Origin: Selaginella moellendorffii
Lineage: Eukaryota > Plantae > Lycopodiophyta
Length of the DNA stretch: 64,000 bases
Direction of reading: 5' to 3'
Assembly: GCF_000143415.4 (NCBI RefSeq)
Contig: NW_003314423.1
Coordinates: forward strand, 12,011 to 76,010
The notes below the pieces were generated by a model. It searched no databases. It saw nothing but the letters and a program-made list of their open reading frames with translations, and had not been told where the DNA came from. The translations under genes and the position numbers were made by a program. Below, piece after piece: positions 49,975 through 61,985 of the stretch (the stretch's first letter is position 1; each line of letters begins with the position of its first letter).

Positions 49975-50954
49975 TGTAAGCAACCAAAGGGAACGACTCG
50001 AGATATGATCCATTGGGGTTCAAATATAGAGGGAAAGGGCCCATGAACAAGAGCACCCCCTTTTCCAATCGGTTAAGGGTCTTGGGATATTTGGGGTTAA
50101 GTGTCCTTGGGTTTGAATAGTACTAGGTTGGGTGACCTCTCAGGAAGTCCAAAACTCAGGAGCTTACATTTGGTATCAGAGGGGTCTCGAGTCCGACTCT
50201 GTTGGTTGGCTAAGGGAATCACACCACATGTTGATTGACATCTGGCTAGTCCAGTTTGCTCCCACTGGGCTCAACTCGAGAGGTAGGGTGTCAAGAGAGC
50301 TGCGGCTCTCAGCTTCCGTTCACGAGGGCGTGAACTTGCAGGGAAGCATGGTGGATTGTAAGCAACCAAAAGGAGGGCGTGAACTTGCAGGGAAGCATGG
50401 TGGATTGTAAGCAACCAAAGGGAACAACTCGAGAGACGATCCATGGGGTTCAAATATAAAAGGAAAGGGCCTATAAACAAGAGTGCACCCTCTTTTCCAA
50501 TCGGTTAAAGGTCTTGGGATATTTAGGGTTAAGTGTTCTTGGGTTTGAATAGTACTGGGTTGGGTGACCTCCCGGGAAGTCCAAAACTCAGGAGCTTACA
50601 TTTAGTATCAGAGGGGTCTCGGGTCCGACTCTGTTGGTTGGCTAAGGGAATCACACCACATGGTGATTGACATCTGGTTGAGGGGTAGGGTGTCAAGAGA
50701 GCTGCGGCTCTCAGCTTCCGTTCACGAGGGCGTGAACTTGTAGGGAAGCGTGGTGGATTGTAAGCAACCAAAAGGAATGATTCGAGAGACGATCCGTTGG
50801 GGTTTAAATATAAAGGGAAAGGGCCCATGAACAAGAGTGCACCCCCTTTTCCAATCGGTTAAGGGTCTTGGGATATTTGGGGTTAAGCGTCCTTGGGTTT
50901 GAATAATACTGGGCTGGGTGACCTCTCGGGAAGTCCAAAACTCAGGAGCTTACA
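49975..50954 (+). mobile_element. Cassandra TRIM tandem array (LTR-int-LTR-int-LTR) with 5S rRNA-derived LTR segment
   Basis: ~195-bp TG..CA LTRs at 49975-50168, 50406-50600, 50759-50954; PBS tggtatcagag after the first LTR; purine-rich PPT; TSD TTGTG on both sides. Each LTR has GTTAAG(C/T)GT..TTGGG..TAGTACT.GG.TGGGTGACCTC..GGAAGTCC, the 5S internal control region. Confidence 0.92.
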
Positions 50955-52848
50955 TTGTGTACGTTCGATAGTCATTCCCATTTCTAAAGTCCACCTTGAG
51001 CCCATCTTTGCCCACCACATGCCCGAGAAACTTTACCTTTTGTTGAGCAAAGTCACATTTGCTCTCTTTAGCATATAGCTAGTGTTCCTTTAGTTTCTCA
51101 AACACCTTTGTTAAATGTTTGGCATGCTCCTTTAGCATCTCACTATAGATCAAGATGTCGTAAATGTATACAACCACGAAATGATATAGGTAGGGTACAA
51201 AGATGTGGTTTATCAACATTGAGAATGTTTCTAGTGCATTGCATAGCCCAAAAGGCATCATTAGAAACTCAAAGCTTCTATACCTTGTTTGACAAGTTGT
51301 CTTCTCCACATCTTCCTCTGCTACCCTGATCTGGTAGTATCCTGACCTTACGTCGATCCTCGAGAAGTATTTCGCCTTTCCCAACCTATCAAACAGGTCC
51401 TCAATCCTTGGTAAAAGGTATTTGTTCCTTTTTGTATAATTGTTAAGCAACTAGTAGCCTATGCACATGCACATAAATCTATATTTCTTTTTCACAAATA
51501 ACATCGGTGCACTATATGATGACTTACTCAATTTAACATACCCTTTTTCCACCAACTCCTCAAGTTGGCATTTGAGCTCCTTGAATTCCTTTTCGTTCAA
51601 CCAATAGGAGGGACGAACCACCACATTAACACCCTTGACCAACTCAATCTTATGTTTTATCAGTTGTTTGGGGGGTAAACCCGCTAGTAGCTCTTCCGAC
51701 ATAGTATCTTGGAATTGGTCCAACCCTGTTGGATCACTAAAGGTACTTCTTTTGTTCCTGTTTTTTTTTTCACTCCTCACCGAGAGTAAGCACAAAAATG
51801 TTGCCTTGGTTCCTTTAGTGAGTTGTCCTCTCATGGACACTAGATTCAAGCAAGAGTCTTTGGCTTTATATTGCCCTATCTTTAGTCCATGTAGAGCTAC
51901 TATGAATCGATTGAACTAACCCGTCCCAAAGATTATGTCAAATCCCGCTATGTCCAATACGGTAAAATCCATATCTACTTTCCATGTCCCTACTTCAACT
52001 CTTGCTTTTCGAAGTACCTCATCGGTGCTTTGGCTACCTTGAACAAACTCTATAATCCTTGGTTCACCTAACCGCTGCACTAGTAGTCCAACTTGCCAGA
52101 CTATGTTTACAACTACAAAATTATCTAAAGCACCCGTATCAATAAAGATTTTAACAAAGCTACCTTCGACCTTCCTTTGGAGGGCTAGTAGATGTCGCGA
52201 ATGACTCTCTAGCAAAGTTGGTCGTATAATGAATAACTTTGAACTAAGGACTGGATCATGTACCTCAATTTAAATTTCACCCGGCTTAATGGCTATATTG
52301 GCTTTGGCCTTTTTCGGGTAAGGACATTCCCTCGAAAAATGTCCCACTTCACCACAGTTGAAGCATATGTTATTTCCCATGCTACTAGTAGACTTGACTT
52401 TTTAATCCGTGGGTTTGTCCCTTTTTGCTTGACTCCCCCACGTACTTGCTTGCTGGCCCCTGGATCTACCTTTCCGAAACCCTAAAGACTTATTCTTAAA
52501 AAAACTCTTCTTGAATTTCCTTTTGCCATATATCCCCTTGGTTTGGCCCCTTTGCTAAATGTGGACCCTGACCCTGTTGTGTTCCCCTTTCGTAGGTTAT
52601 CATTGAAATGCACTTTGATAGTTACATCTAATGCTTCCTTGCAGTTAGTCGGGTTCCAATACATCACCTTGCCACGAGCTCAAATTTGCAAGCTTGATAT
52701 GAAGGTATGGAATGCATCTATATCACCCATGTCTATGACAAGTATCCTCTTTGCCATGAACGCATTCATATACTCTTGAATGGTTTCAGTCTGCTTCAGT
52801 CTACTTAACTCATCCTTTAGGTGCAGAGTAGCATTTAGAGGAACATAA

Positions 52849-53626
52849 TGTAAGCAACCAAAGGGAATGATTTAAGAGACGATCCATGGGGTTCAAATAT
52901 AGAGGGAAAGGGCCTATGAACAAGAGTGCACCCTCTTTTCCAATCAGTTAAGGGTCTTGGGATATTTAGGGTTAAGTGTTCTTGAGTTTGAATAGTACTG
53001 GGCTGGGTGACCTCCCGGGAAGTCCAAATTTAGGTATCATAGGGGTCTCGAGACTGACTTTGTTAGTTGGCTAAGGGAATCACACCACATATTGATTGAC
53101 ATCTGGCTAGTCCAGTTTGCTCCCGCTGGGTTCGACTTGAGGGGTAGGGTGTCAAGAGAGCAGGGCTGCTGTAGCTCTTAGCTTCCGTTCACGAGGGTGT
53201 GAACTTGTAGAGAAGCATGGTGGATTGTAAGCAACCAAAGGGAACAACTTGAGAGACGATCCATGGGGTTCAAATATAAAAGGAAAGGGCTTATAAACAA
53301 GAGTGCACCCCCTTTTTTAATCGGTTAAGAGTCTTGGGATATTTGGGGTTAAGCATCCTTGGGTTTGAATAGTACTGTCCCGGGTGACCTTCCGTTCACG
53401 AGGGTGTGAACTTGCAGAGAAGCATGGTGGATTGTAAGCAACCAAAGGGAATGACTCGATAGACGATCCATGGGGTTCAAATATAAAGGGAAAGGGCTCA
53501 TAAACAAGAGTGCACCCCCTTTTCCAATCGATTAAAAGTTTTGGGATATTTTGGGTTAAGCATCCTTGGGTTTGAATAGTACTGTCCCGGGTGACCTCCC
53601 GGGAAGTCTAAGTTTAAGAGCTTACA
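52849..53626 (+). mobile_element. Second Cassandra TRIM tandem array (3 LTRs, internally deleted)
   Basis: LTR starts tgtaagcaaccaaaggg at 52849, 53226 and 53433; same 5S-like box; flanks CATAA/CGTAG differ only by two G/A transitions (decayed TSD). Confidence 0.88.
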
Positions 53627-54769
53627 CGTAGGTTGTACGAATCCTCACCTCCATCATTTCTTAAGTGGCCACCGGTCCTTTGTTAGCCTCTGTTGTTCTC
53701 TACTAAGACTTAACATTATCTGCCAAGTATGGTTTTGCATATGGGACCTTCTTTAAGCTCAGTAACTACAACGCTCAGAAGTAATTTTCCATATCATAAA
53801 ACCAATCCTCCACCACCTTATAGTCATTCATTCCCTTGAAGACCGATGGGGGCTTTATTTTGTACTTGGGAATTGCCTGAGGGACTGATTCCACTTTAAT
53901 TTATTCGACCTTGTTCGGTTCCACCTCAGTCCCTACCAAAGGGTCCACACCTTCTGCATTGCTAACATCTGTAGTCTTTCACTTTTTCTTCCGCTTTTTA
54001 TTTTGTATACAAGAGTCTCCAATAGGGCATTGGTCTGAGCCAATTGTCCTTCTAGAACATCCAATTGAGCCTTGGATGACCGAACCTCACCACTGGACTC
54101 CTGTTTGGAAGTTTCCTCACTGGAGTCCTCCTTATGTAAGGATTCCTCATCCATAGCCTCTTGTTTGACTAGAAGCTCCAGCTCTAAAAGAGGTTCTATC
54201 TCCGCCTTACAAACTACCTTTGTCATCTCTTAGCAATCCGCCTTTATCCTTCGCTAAAACTGAGGAAAAAGTTTTGATACCAAATTGTAAGCCATAAATT
54301 TTTCCTCTATAATTTACTAGCTTACCCCGTCTATCCGACCAATATTGCTTTAGCCTTAATTAAGTTCCTTTGTTAAGGTTCCCACCTATTGTACTAGCTC
54401 CTACTTCGTACTACTTGGTTTCAACTACTCCCTACACAAACAATGGAGCATTAGCCATCCATCCACGGATTCTCAAATCTTTCCCAATCCCCTTCCCTAG
54501 GTTAGATTAGATTTAAGGTTCAATTACACTCTCCGCAAACACAAGCAACCAAGCACACCAAACCACCAAGTTCTTAACATCCTTTGGTACAACAAGACTT
54601 AATCATGGAACCCTTTAAATCCCAAGCTTTAGGTGCAACACTTGCTTCCGGACACTAGGGGGAAATACCATGGCCTAATGGCCCAATATAGGTACCCCTA
54701 CTCCCCCACTTCCATCCCAAAGGTAAGGCCCAAACCTCTAGGAAGGGCAAATATCAATGAGCCGCCATA

Positions 54770-55525
54770 GTTGCCATGTGAGTGTCTAGATTGCTGACCA
54801 TCCGCTGCAAGCCACTGTTGTTTGGGTTATCTTCAATCATAGCCTTTGTGACCATCTAGAAGAGTTGTGCACCCCCAGCTCGGATCACATCAGCAACTGG
54901 ACCTTCTTTGCCCAACTTGCTGCCCTAGTGTAGTACATGGGTGAACCGGCTGAAGCAACCAGCTTTCTGCTTGTCTTCGTCCACAAGAGTCCCAATGCAA
55001 GCTAGGATAGGCATCACTTATTCCTAATGAGGGCATCCACGGTGATAGGGGCATCCCTGCAGAGAAAGAAGAAGAAGCAGAGGTGTTTCTTACGCATCTG
55101 AACGGGATAGTGACTGGGACAGAGTGTGCTCACGTGTTGGCAACAATTGGATGCCTAGAATCAGTGATTGTAGTGGAAGCAATTAAGTGCTCCAAAACGA
55201 TCCATTGCTCGGAAAACGCAAAAACCTCTAGAGCAAAGATGATCAAGAATTGCAACCATTCCCGGTCTCAGATTCGGACTCAATCTTGGTCTCAGTTTCG
55301 GTCTCGGTTTCAGTCCTGATTCCATCTTAGACTCAGGAGCTAGAAATAACTTTTAATGAGTATTACAACAACATGAGAAAGTTGTTCTTCCTCCACTAAC
55401 CTACCCTTCCAAACCGGAACATCTTCCTTCTTGCTCACCTCAAACACCCGTGCAACTGTCGAGATCTCTGGCGGTGCCACCATGTGGCAGTATCCTCCGG
55501 CTCCAGCGACCGCTGCCGCCATGCT
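54770..55525 (-). pseudogene. Scrambled pseudogene paralogous to the 271-aa orphan gene
   Basis: Minus 55522-55380 VFEVSKKEDVPVWK; plus 55083-55190 FLTH..TECAHVLATIGC.E.VIVVEAI; minus 55018-54765 FSRFTHVLH*GS..IRAGGAQLF*MV..NPNNSGLQRMV. These match successive parts of 55590-56405. Confidence 0.7.
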
Positions 55526-55589
55526 CAATGCTCAGCTCACCCTGAATTTAGGGCTAAAAGAACTTTGATTAGGGCTACTGGATTTTGCA

Positions 55590-56405
55590 ATGGCGGAGGG
55601 TCACCACATCTACTGCTGTTCTCCGGTGTTGGAGCGCTCGAAAGAGGCGATTTTCAAGATCTCCCGGGATCAGGGTGTTCCCGTGTGGAAGGTGAGGAGG
55701 GTGAATGCGCCAGGAATGCTGGAACCCGGTGAGCTGTATGTCACTCATTACAGGATAAGCAATGAGATCGAGTGCGCCCATGCACTTGCTGCTTTAGGCT
55801 GTTCCGAAGTCATGCTTGTGGTTGAGGGGATAATCAGATTAGAGGTAGAGTACAACCAGGTAACAAGAAAGTGTGCCGCATCCAGAGGATGTAGATGTGA
55901 TAGCCTAAAATCGGGGGAGGCTAAGGATTCTTTTAGTCGTTTTGCTCATGCACTTTACAAGGGAAGTAGCCCAAGGACGGATGCTCGTCTTAGGACTGCA
56001 ATTAGTAGGACAGGGGCTCGCCTCTTCTGGGAGGTTGCACACAGTGTAGCTTCAAAGTATCCAGACAATCTTTGGCTGCAGAAAATGCTTGCGTCGGACG
56101 ACGCCCGCTTCCAGATGATTGCGGCTTGGAGCCACGTTTTCACCTTGAGGACGGAGAGGCTGTCACATCCTTACAACGTCATCAGGGGGGACTTGGAGAT
56201 CGCGGCTAAAGCTCTGGGAGTTTTGCATTATGTGGCCCAGAAGTGTGAAGAGAACAAGGTAGCCAACCGCAGGAACCTCAGCCATCTCCTTCGGGCTAGC
56301 CTGCCTTTTGTTGAGGCTTCGGTTGCGAGCCACAAGAAGGAAGTTCGCCGCAGAGAAGAAGAAGAGTCTGAAGCTGAGATGAAGAAGCGCTTGCTGCTCC
56401 AATGA
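55590..56405 (+). CDS. Hypothetical protein, 271 aa, intronless, family unrecognised
   Basis: ATG-initiated ORF with globular-looking composition; a diverged paralogue next door is conserved at protein level, which supports coding. Confidence 0.7.
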   Translation: MAEGHHIYCCSPVLERSKEAIFKISRDQGVPVWKVRRVNAPGMLEPGELYVTHYRISNEIECAHALAALGCSEVMLVVEGIIRLEVEYNQVTRKCAASRGCRCDSLKSGEAKDSFSRFAHALYKGSSPRTDARLRTAISRTGARLFWEVAHSVASKYPDNLWLQKMLASDDARFQMIAAWSHVFTLRTERLSHPYNVIRGDLEIAAKALGVLHYVAQKCEENKVANRRNLSHLLRASLPFVEASVASHKKEVRRREEEESEAEMKKRLLLQ

Positions 56406-56832
56406 AACAACACTCGCTTTCTATGTTTGTTAAGTGTTTTGGAGCAGCCTTTAGCACACGTGTTCGACTGGAAGAATCGTGTTCCAGGAGACGCAATATC
56501 TTCAAGGTTAAATTTATAGTTCCAAGACTAATAATAAAAGCATATATGGCTTACACAAAAAAAAAAGAAAAAAAGAAAAAAACTTTTATTATATAGATAA
56601 CTTTTCGAGCCTAAACTTGTATAATGCCATTGCGTAAATAATGTAAGTAGATTCTCCGCCTTATCTCTGTTCTTTATTTGCATCTCGGCTTCAAGCAACT
56701 ACAACATCTTCAGTGTCGACTCGAGACCATCAGGTTTGTTTCAAATCTTGCAAAGTTCCATTTTCAACCGTCAGAGCGGGATATACCTTATTTCTTGTGA
56801 AGTTCCAAGTTTTCCATGGCTACTTGTGATCG

Positions 56833-58572
56833 ATGAACGCGGCCACCTATGCCCGGCTCATAAAATCCTACACCGTCTCTCGCGATCTCGTCCAGGGCAA
56901 GTGCGTCCACGCCCAGATCCTCCACTCCCATCTCGCCACCAACACCTTTCTCGCCAATCTCATCGTCGAGATGTATGGCAAATGTGGTAGGCTGCGCGAT
57001 GCGCGGTTTTTCACTCCCTGCCCTCGCCCAATCTCTTCTCCTGGAATATCGTCATCTCGGGGGATTTCTTCGAGGCCATGCCCTAAAAGACCCAAATCGC
57101 AGCCACTGTGATGATCCGTGTCTATACAGAGCTTGCCCACATAGAAGAAGCAAGGTTTATTTTTGAGGATTTGCCACGGCGAGATCCAGTATCCTGGACT
57201 TGCCTGCTTCAAGCATATGCCACAAAGGGGCATCCACTGTTGTCAAAACTGCTTTTTGGCAAGATGCCCGAGTGGGACGTGGTGTCATCTACGGCAGCGA
57301 TGGGCGCTTGCGTACACTGTGGCTCTTTGGGTGACGCTAAAGTTATGTTTGATCGTATGTCAAGACGCAATGTAGTCACTTGGACGACACTTATTTCAGC
57401 AAATGCCTCTATTGGGCATTTGCTATATTTTGCAAGAGAAGCGTTTGATCGAATGCCTGAGAGGAACATCGTCACCTGGAACTCGATGATCACCGGCTAT
57501 GGCGAGGCCGGTTACGTAGCCGAGTCGCCGACTCCATGGCCGAGCAGAACGTTGTCTCCTGGAACACGATGATGGGCACTTATGCCCAGCGCATCCACTG
57601 CGCGCTTGGCAGCTCTTCGATGGAATGCAACATCGTCTCCTCGAATGGATTGATCGCCGCGCTCGCAATCGCCGATCTGGAGCTCATGGACCAGGCGTTT
57701 GATCGAATGCCCCACACGGATTCCATCTCGTGGAACACGGTGATGACGGCGCACCCCCAATCCGGGGACCTGGAGCGCGCCAAGGCGGCGTTTGATCGAT
57801 CGCCCAGGAGAGATCTCGTGTCCTGGAACGGGATGATCGCGGCGTACGCGCAGCACAGCCAGATGGATCGAGCGAGAGTGGTGTTTGAAATGATGGGCGA
57901 TCGAAACACCACGTCCTGGAACACCATGGCCGAGGGCTACTGCCGGAGTGGATGTGTTCCGCGTGCTCGATCTTCCACGGCAGCCCACAGCGCGATCTCC
58001 CCTCTCCTGGACCGCGATGATGGTGGCGTTCGCGGAGAATGGGATCGTCGACGGCGTCAAGAACCTCTTCGACCGGATCCCGCACAGGGACGCGGTGTGC
58101 TGCACGGCGATGCTGGACGCGCTGGCGGCGCAGGAGCGCGTGATCGAGGCGGAGGAGGTTTTTGCCTCGATGCGCGAGAGGGATGGAGCGGCTTGGAACG
58201 CGATGATCCAGGCCAATGTCGTCAACGCGCGCCTGGATCAAGCCAAGGGGCCGATCGATCCCTGGAGTGCACCAGGATCTGTACGATCGGATGTCCCAGC
58301 ACGGGGTCTCATCGTAGACGTAGCATTTGCCCGAGGCGGGTATTTTGAGAAAGCCAAGGATATCTTCACTCATATGCCACGGAGGGATGTGATTGTGTGG
58401 ACGGCTTTGCTCGCCGTGTTCTCGCAGGAGGGATGACACTCTTGTCAGCTTTAAGAAACGACACTGATTTGGTGTGTGGGCGTCACGCTGCCGCAAGACT
58501 CCGCTGCTCTTCAACCTCTACAGTCATGGTCTAGCAAGCTCTGAAAATGTAGTAAAAGAGCGAATGAAATAG
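56833..58572 (+). pseudogene. PPR pseudogene, copy of 11544-14009
   Basis: Same start (MNAATYARLIKSYTVSRD) and end (gagcgaatgaaatag); multiple frameshifting deletions and a ~555-bp deletion near 58432. Confidence 0.93.
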
Positions 58573-58602
58573 ATTCTTTCTTCAATCAAGCATATAATTT
58601 TA

Positions 58603-58663
58603 CCCCGTTTCCGGGGATCGAACCCGGGTCGTCTGCGTGACAGGCGGAGTATACTCCAACGAC
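58603..58663 (-). pseudogene. tRNA-Asp pseudogene
   Basis: Copy of 14045-14116 with an 11-nt deletion in the D-arm and acceptor-stem substitutions. Confidence 0.88.
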
Positions 58664-59974
58664 TTTTTCTTATGTAATCTTGATTATCATGGTTAAAACT
58701 AATCTAGAATGTTTTGTTTGTATCCGTCTCCTTGCGATGAGCCTCTTGCTAGTGCGCTGCAATCTTTCATTTGGATCCCTTGATCTCTTAAGCAATGAAT
58801 CCCTTGCTCCCAGCACTCACAGCACCAAAAGAGGCAATGAATGACAAGCAGGCAATGGATGAGCCGAGCTTTTGCTTTGTTTGCAGTCATGCAGGGATCT
58901 ATGGGCAGCCCAGGCACTTCACACCCGCACTCGATCGATCGCCTGCCCTAATGATACATTCCTCCTCAACCATGTCCTCCAGATCTATGGCAACTGCAGC
59001 ACCACCTACCATGCACGGCTCGTCTTCGATGCCATCGAGCCCAAGGATTCCTTCTCCTGGGATTTCATGCTCATTGCCTATGCATGTAGTCCCAGTTGCG
59101 AGAGGCCAAGGCCTTGTTTGATGTGATGCCCAAGTGGAATCTTGTTGCCTGGAACGTTATGTTGTGCCTGTATGCCCAGAATGGGGCTTTTGGAGGGTGC
59201 AAAGAACCTCTTTGATGGGATGCAAAGCTACAACTTTGTATTGTTAAATGCCTTGATGTTTACTTATGCTATCAATGGCCACATGAGCTAATGGAGCAAC
59301 CAACTCCAAATGCAATTGGATCCAACTATCTAGATCTATACTATAGGTTTTTATAAAGTTTATGAACACATATGTATCCTAATATATAGATATAGTGACT
59401 ACCTTATAGGTTTCTTCAATTATGGCATTCAATACCTTTTGTAACAATTTATACAATATATAAACCATAACTGTATTGAAAATGATGTAAATATTTACCT
59501 CTAGTTTCTTTGCCACAACTACAATATAAATTTTAATATGTAATATTGTAATTATGTTAGTGTATTTTGTAACAGCTTGTAAAAAAACCACATATGTTAA
59601 AACTATATTGAAAGTTAAATAAATATATATCACAAAGTTTACTGAAATTGCAAGTGGTTTTTTTAGCAAGAGAATGACCTTCTTAAGTGTAATTCCTTAT
59701 CAATCGCAAATTAATATTATTTAATTTTAAAAAAAATTATTAGATTAGAAAATATATAGAATTTAAAAGTAATATTTCATTCTTCCTTTGTCATTTGCAC
59801 TTAGCTTCATATATTCATTAAATTTTTTTGCACGTAATTCCACCACCTCCTTTGATATAGTTTTTTTTGTGTATAATCTTCATAATTTTTTGCAAATTCA
59901 CATGTATTATATATATCGTAAGTTCCTTAAAATATTGAAGTATCTCAAGTGTGGTGGTATACTCATCTTGCCAT

Positions 59975-60647
59975 TGTAACCTTAATTAGATTTGTTATTA
60001 TACTTCATAGTCTTAATATAAAACTTTAGCCAATAAATATTCTCCCCTCCATCCTAAAGGGAAGGCCCATGCCCCTAAGAAGGAAAAAAAACTAATAAGT
60101 TATATAGTACTCAAGTGGGGCATCATTCTATATAATTTAAGAGCATTATAGTCAAGTTCCCTTTTGGTAGTGGGAGTTGTTCTTAAACACTTTCTTGGGT
60201 AACCTCTTTCACACCACCTGAGTCCATGTTCACTTCCACCCAAGACCTTTAACCCTTAAGTCATTTTAAAAGCACCACTAAAGAGTTCCTTCAAGACTGA
60301 TTTTTAAACTTTATTATTTCTACTGCACTTTTGGAACCTTTTACAACACCCCCCCCCCCCCCCCCCCCAAACAGACGATTGCTTTACGCTTTCACGCCAT
60401 AACATATATTAGTATTCAGACTCAGACTCGACCTTAAACTTAACCTTAAACTCAATCTTGGACTCAGTTTTGGACCTAGTTTTAGATCTCAGACTTGGTT
60501 TTACACTTAGTCTTGGACTCTATCTTGAACTCGGTTTTGGACTTAATTTTAGACTTGGTTTCATCCGATAAATTTTTCATCATTCCGATTGTGGTTTCGT
60601 AGATCCTTTAACTTATGACACCTCGAGGAGTTGATTCCTTACACATA
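59975..60647. mobile_element. Degenerate solo/partial LTR related to 47207-48374
   Basis: Shares agtactcaagtggggca, caccacctgagtccatg, aaagagttccttcaa, ttttggaacc..poly-C..gctttcac and the hexamer array. Ends approximate. Confidence 0.65.
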
Positions 60648-61607
60648 GTTTCATCTAGCAAGTACTCATACTTACCCAAATCCTTCACCATTTACTTAAC
60701 TTTTTTCACACATTATTGTAGACCAATTTTCTACTTAGTAATATAATAGCTTTGGTCATTTAATACTAAGTATATACAATATATTCAAATCTTATCCTAT
60801 AATTACATATGTGACATTTATGCATTTTATTATCATTTGTGTCATATGTCACATGACACTCCAGTGATGTTTGGGTAAAAAATGGCCAAGTTATTAAAAG
60901 GAGACTCCTCATCTAAAATACTTCTACACTTTTTGGTTTGCATTTGAGTCAAGTAAGATTTTACTCTCTATATTGTTAATCTAAGAGTCAGTAAAAACTA
61001 TATAGTTTTTACTAAATGTAAAAATTATACAATTTTTTACCTGATGCAAGATTTTTCATTACTCTTCAAATCTTTATTGCATCCCCATCATATGTGCCAA
61101 GCTCTAGAAACTTTTCATACTTGACCTTAAGTAGATCCTCAGTAATATAACTAAATGGCAATTGCACACAACAAATCATTTAGTTTGACCCATATAGCTC
61201 CTTGAATCAAGCATGAGTCATAGTCATTCTTGTGAACCTAAAAAGGGAAGAAAACAGCAATAGAAGAAACAGTGGAAGGAAAGCAAAGTAAAAACTTAGT
61301 TGATTTATGGCTTATAGTGCAACTCTTATTGCTAATGCTACCAATCCTCACATAATTAATATGGTCAGCCTTGTTTAATAAAATGCTCACTAAGCAGTCA
61401 CTACTAGGGACTATGTCTAAACTCTCAATCCCTATTAATCACAAGACCACTTGAGCATGGCCACTATAATATGTGCGTATGAAGCAAGGCATGAATGCCA
61501 GGTTTTATAAAAGACCATTCTTGCCACGAAAATACACTCACGCGTATTCTCTCTTGCCACGAAAATACACTCACACGTATTTTCTCATTTGCCTTTTGTT
61601 CAGGAGA

Positions 61608-61718
61608 GAAAAGGGAAAAAAAGGTGGATGTGATGGCTGAGCTATTTTGGTATGTGTTGTCAATTGCAACACATAGCAAAATAGCTCAGCCATCACATCC
61701 ACCACTTTTTCCCTTTCC
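61608..61718. repeat. Near-perfect inverted repeat (hairpin)
   Basis: ggtggatgtgatggctgagctattttg (61623-61649) pairs exactly with 61677-61703; inner tatgtgttg/caacacata stem; 7-nt loop. Confidence 0.9.
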
Positions 61719-61985
61719 ACTTTTCAAATAAAGTCTAACAACCGTGTAGACTACAAGAAGAAGACTTTTTATCTACTAGAAGTTTTAGTTGAATTTCAAG
61801 GAATTTGTACATCTAATGGAAAGTTTATTGCACATTTTCAGTCTTTGACCAGAAAAGATCTTTGATCCACGCTAGAAAAGACATGGAACAACACTTTGAA
61901 TACTAGTGGGAGGATACTTTGAAATTGTCACCCCTGCATCACTATAATATATGTCATGGATCTGCAATTCTAATTTTTGGGTGAG

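Larger units (their letters stand above)
33433..54770 (-). mobile_element. Decayed chromoviral Ty3/gypsy retrotransposon hosting three later insertions
   Basis: Related LTRs at 33433-33752+47207-48374 and 54286-~54770 (truncated); PBS at ~54272-54282; gag remnants; protease IFIDTGA (52215-51916); RT YLLPRIEDLFDRL..DVRSGYYQI..MPFGLCNA..VVVYIYDILIYS; RNase H EMDASEFALGAIL; chromodomain EFHVKWKGFPYYEAIWEPEENL (~48480-48546). Whether both LTRs belong to one insertion is uncertain (no TSD seen). Confidence 0.8.
56797..59347 (+). repeat. Segmental duplicate of ~11508-14797 (PPR + tRNA-Asp + PPR remnant)
   Basis: Colinear high identity from gtgaagttccaag.ttt.catggctac to agatctatact.tagg. Confidence 0.93.

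Noticed and set aside
50093-50150. 5S rRNA genes
   Set aside because: Only the ~60-nt internal control region is present, embedded in TG..CA LTRs with PBS and PPT, i.e. Cassandra.
59379-59979. AT-rich ORFs
   Set aside because: Compositionally biased decayed repeat; no assignable motif.
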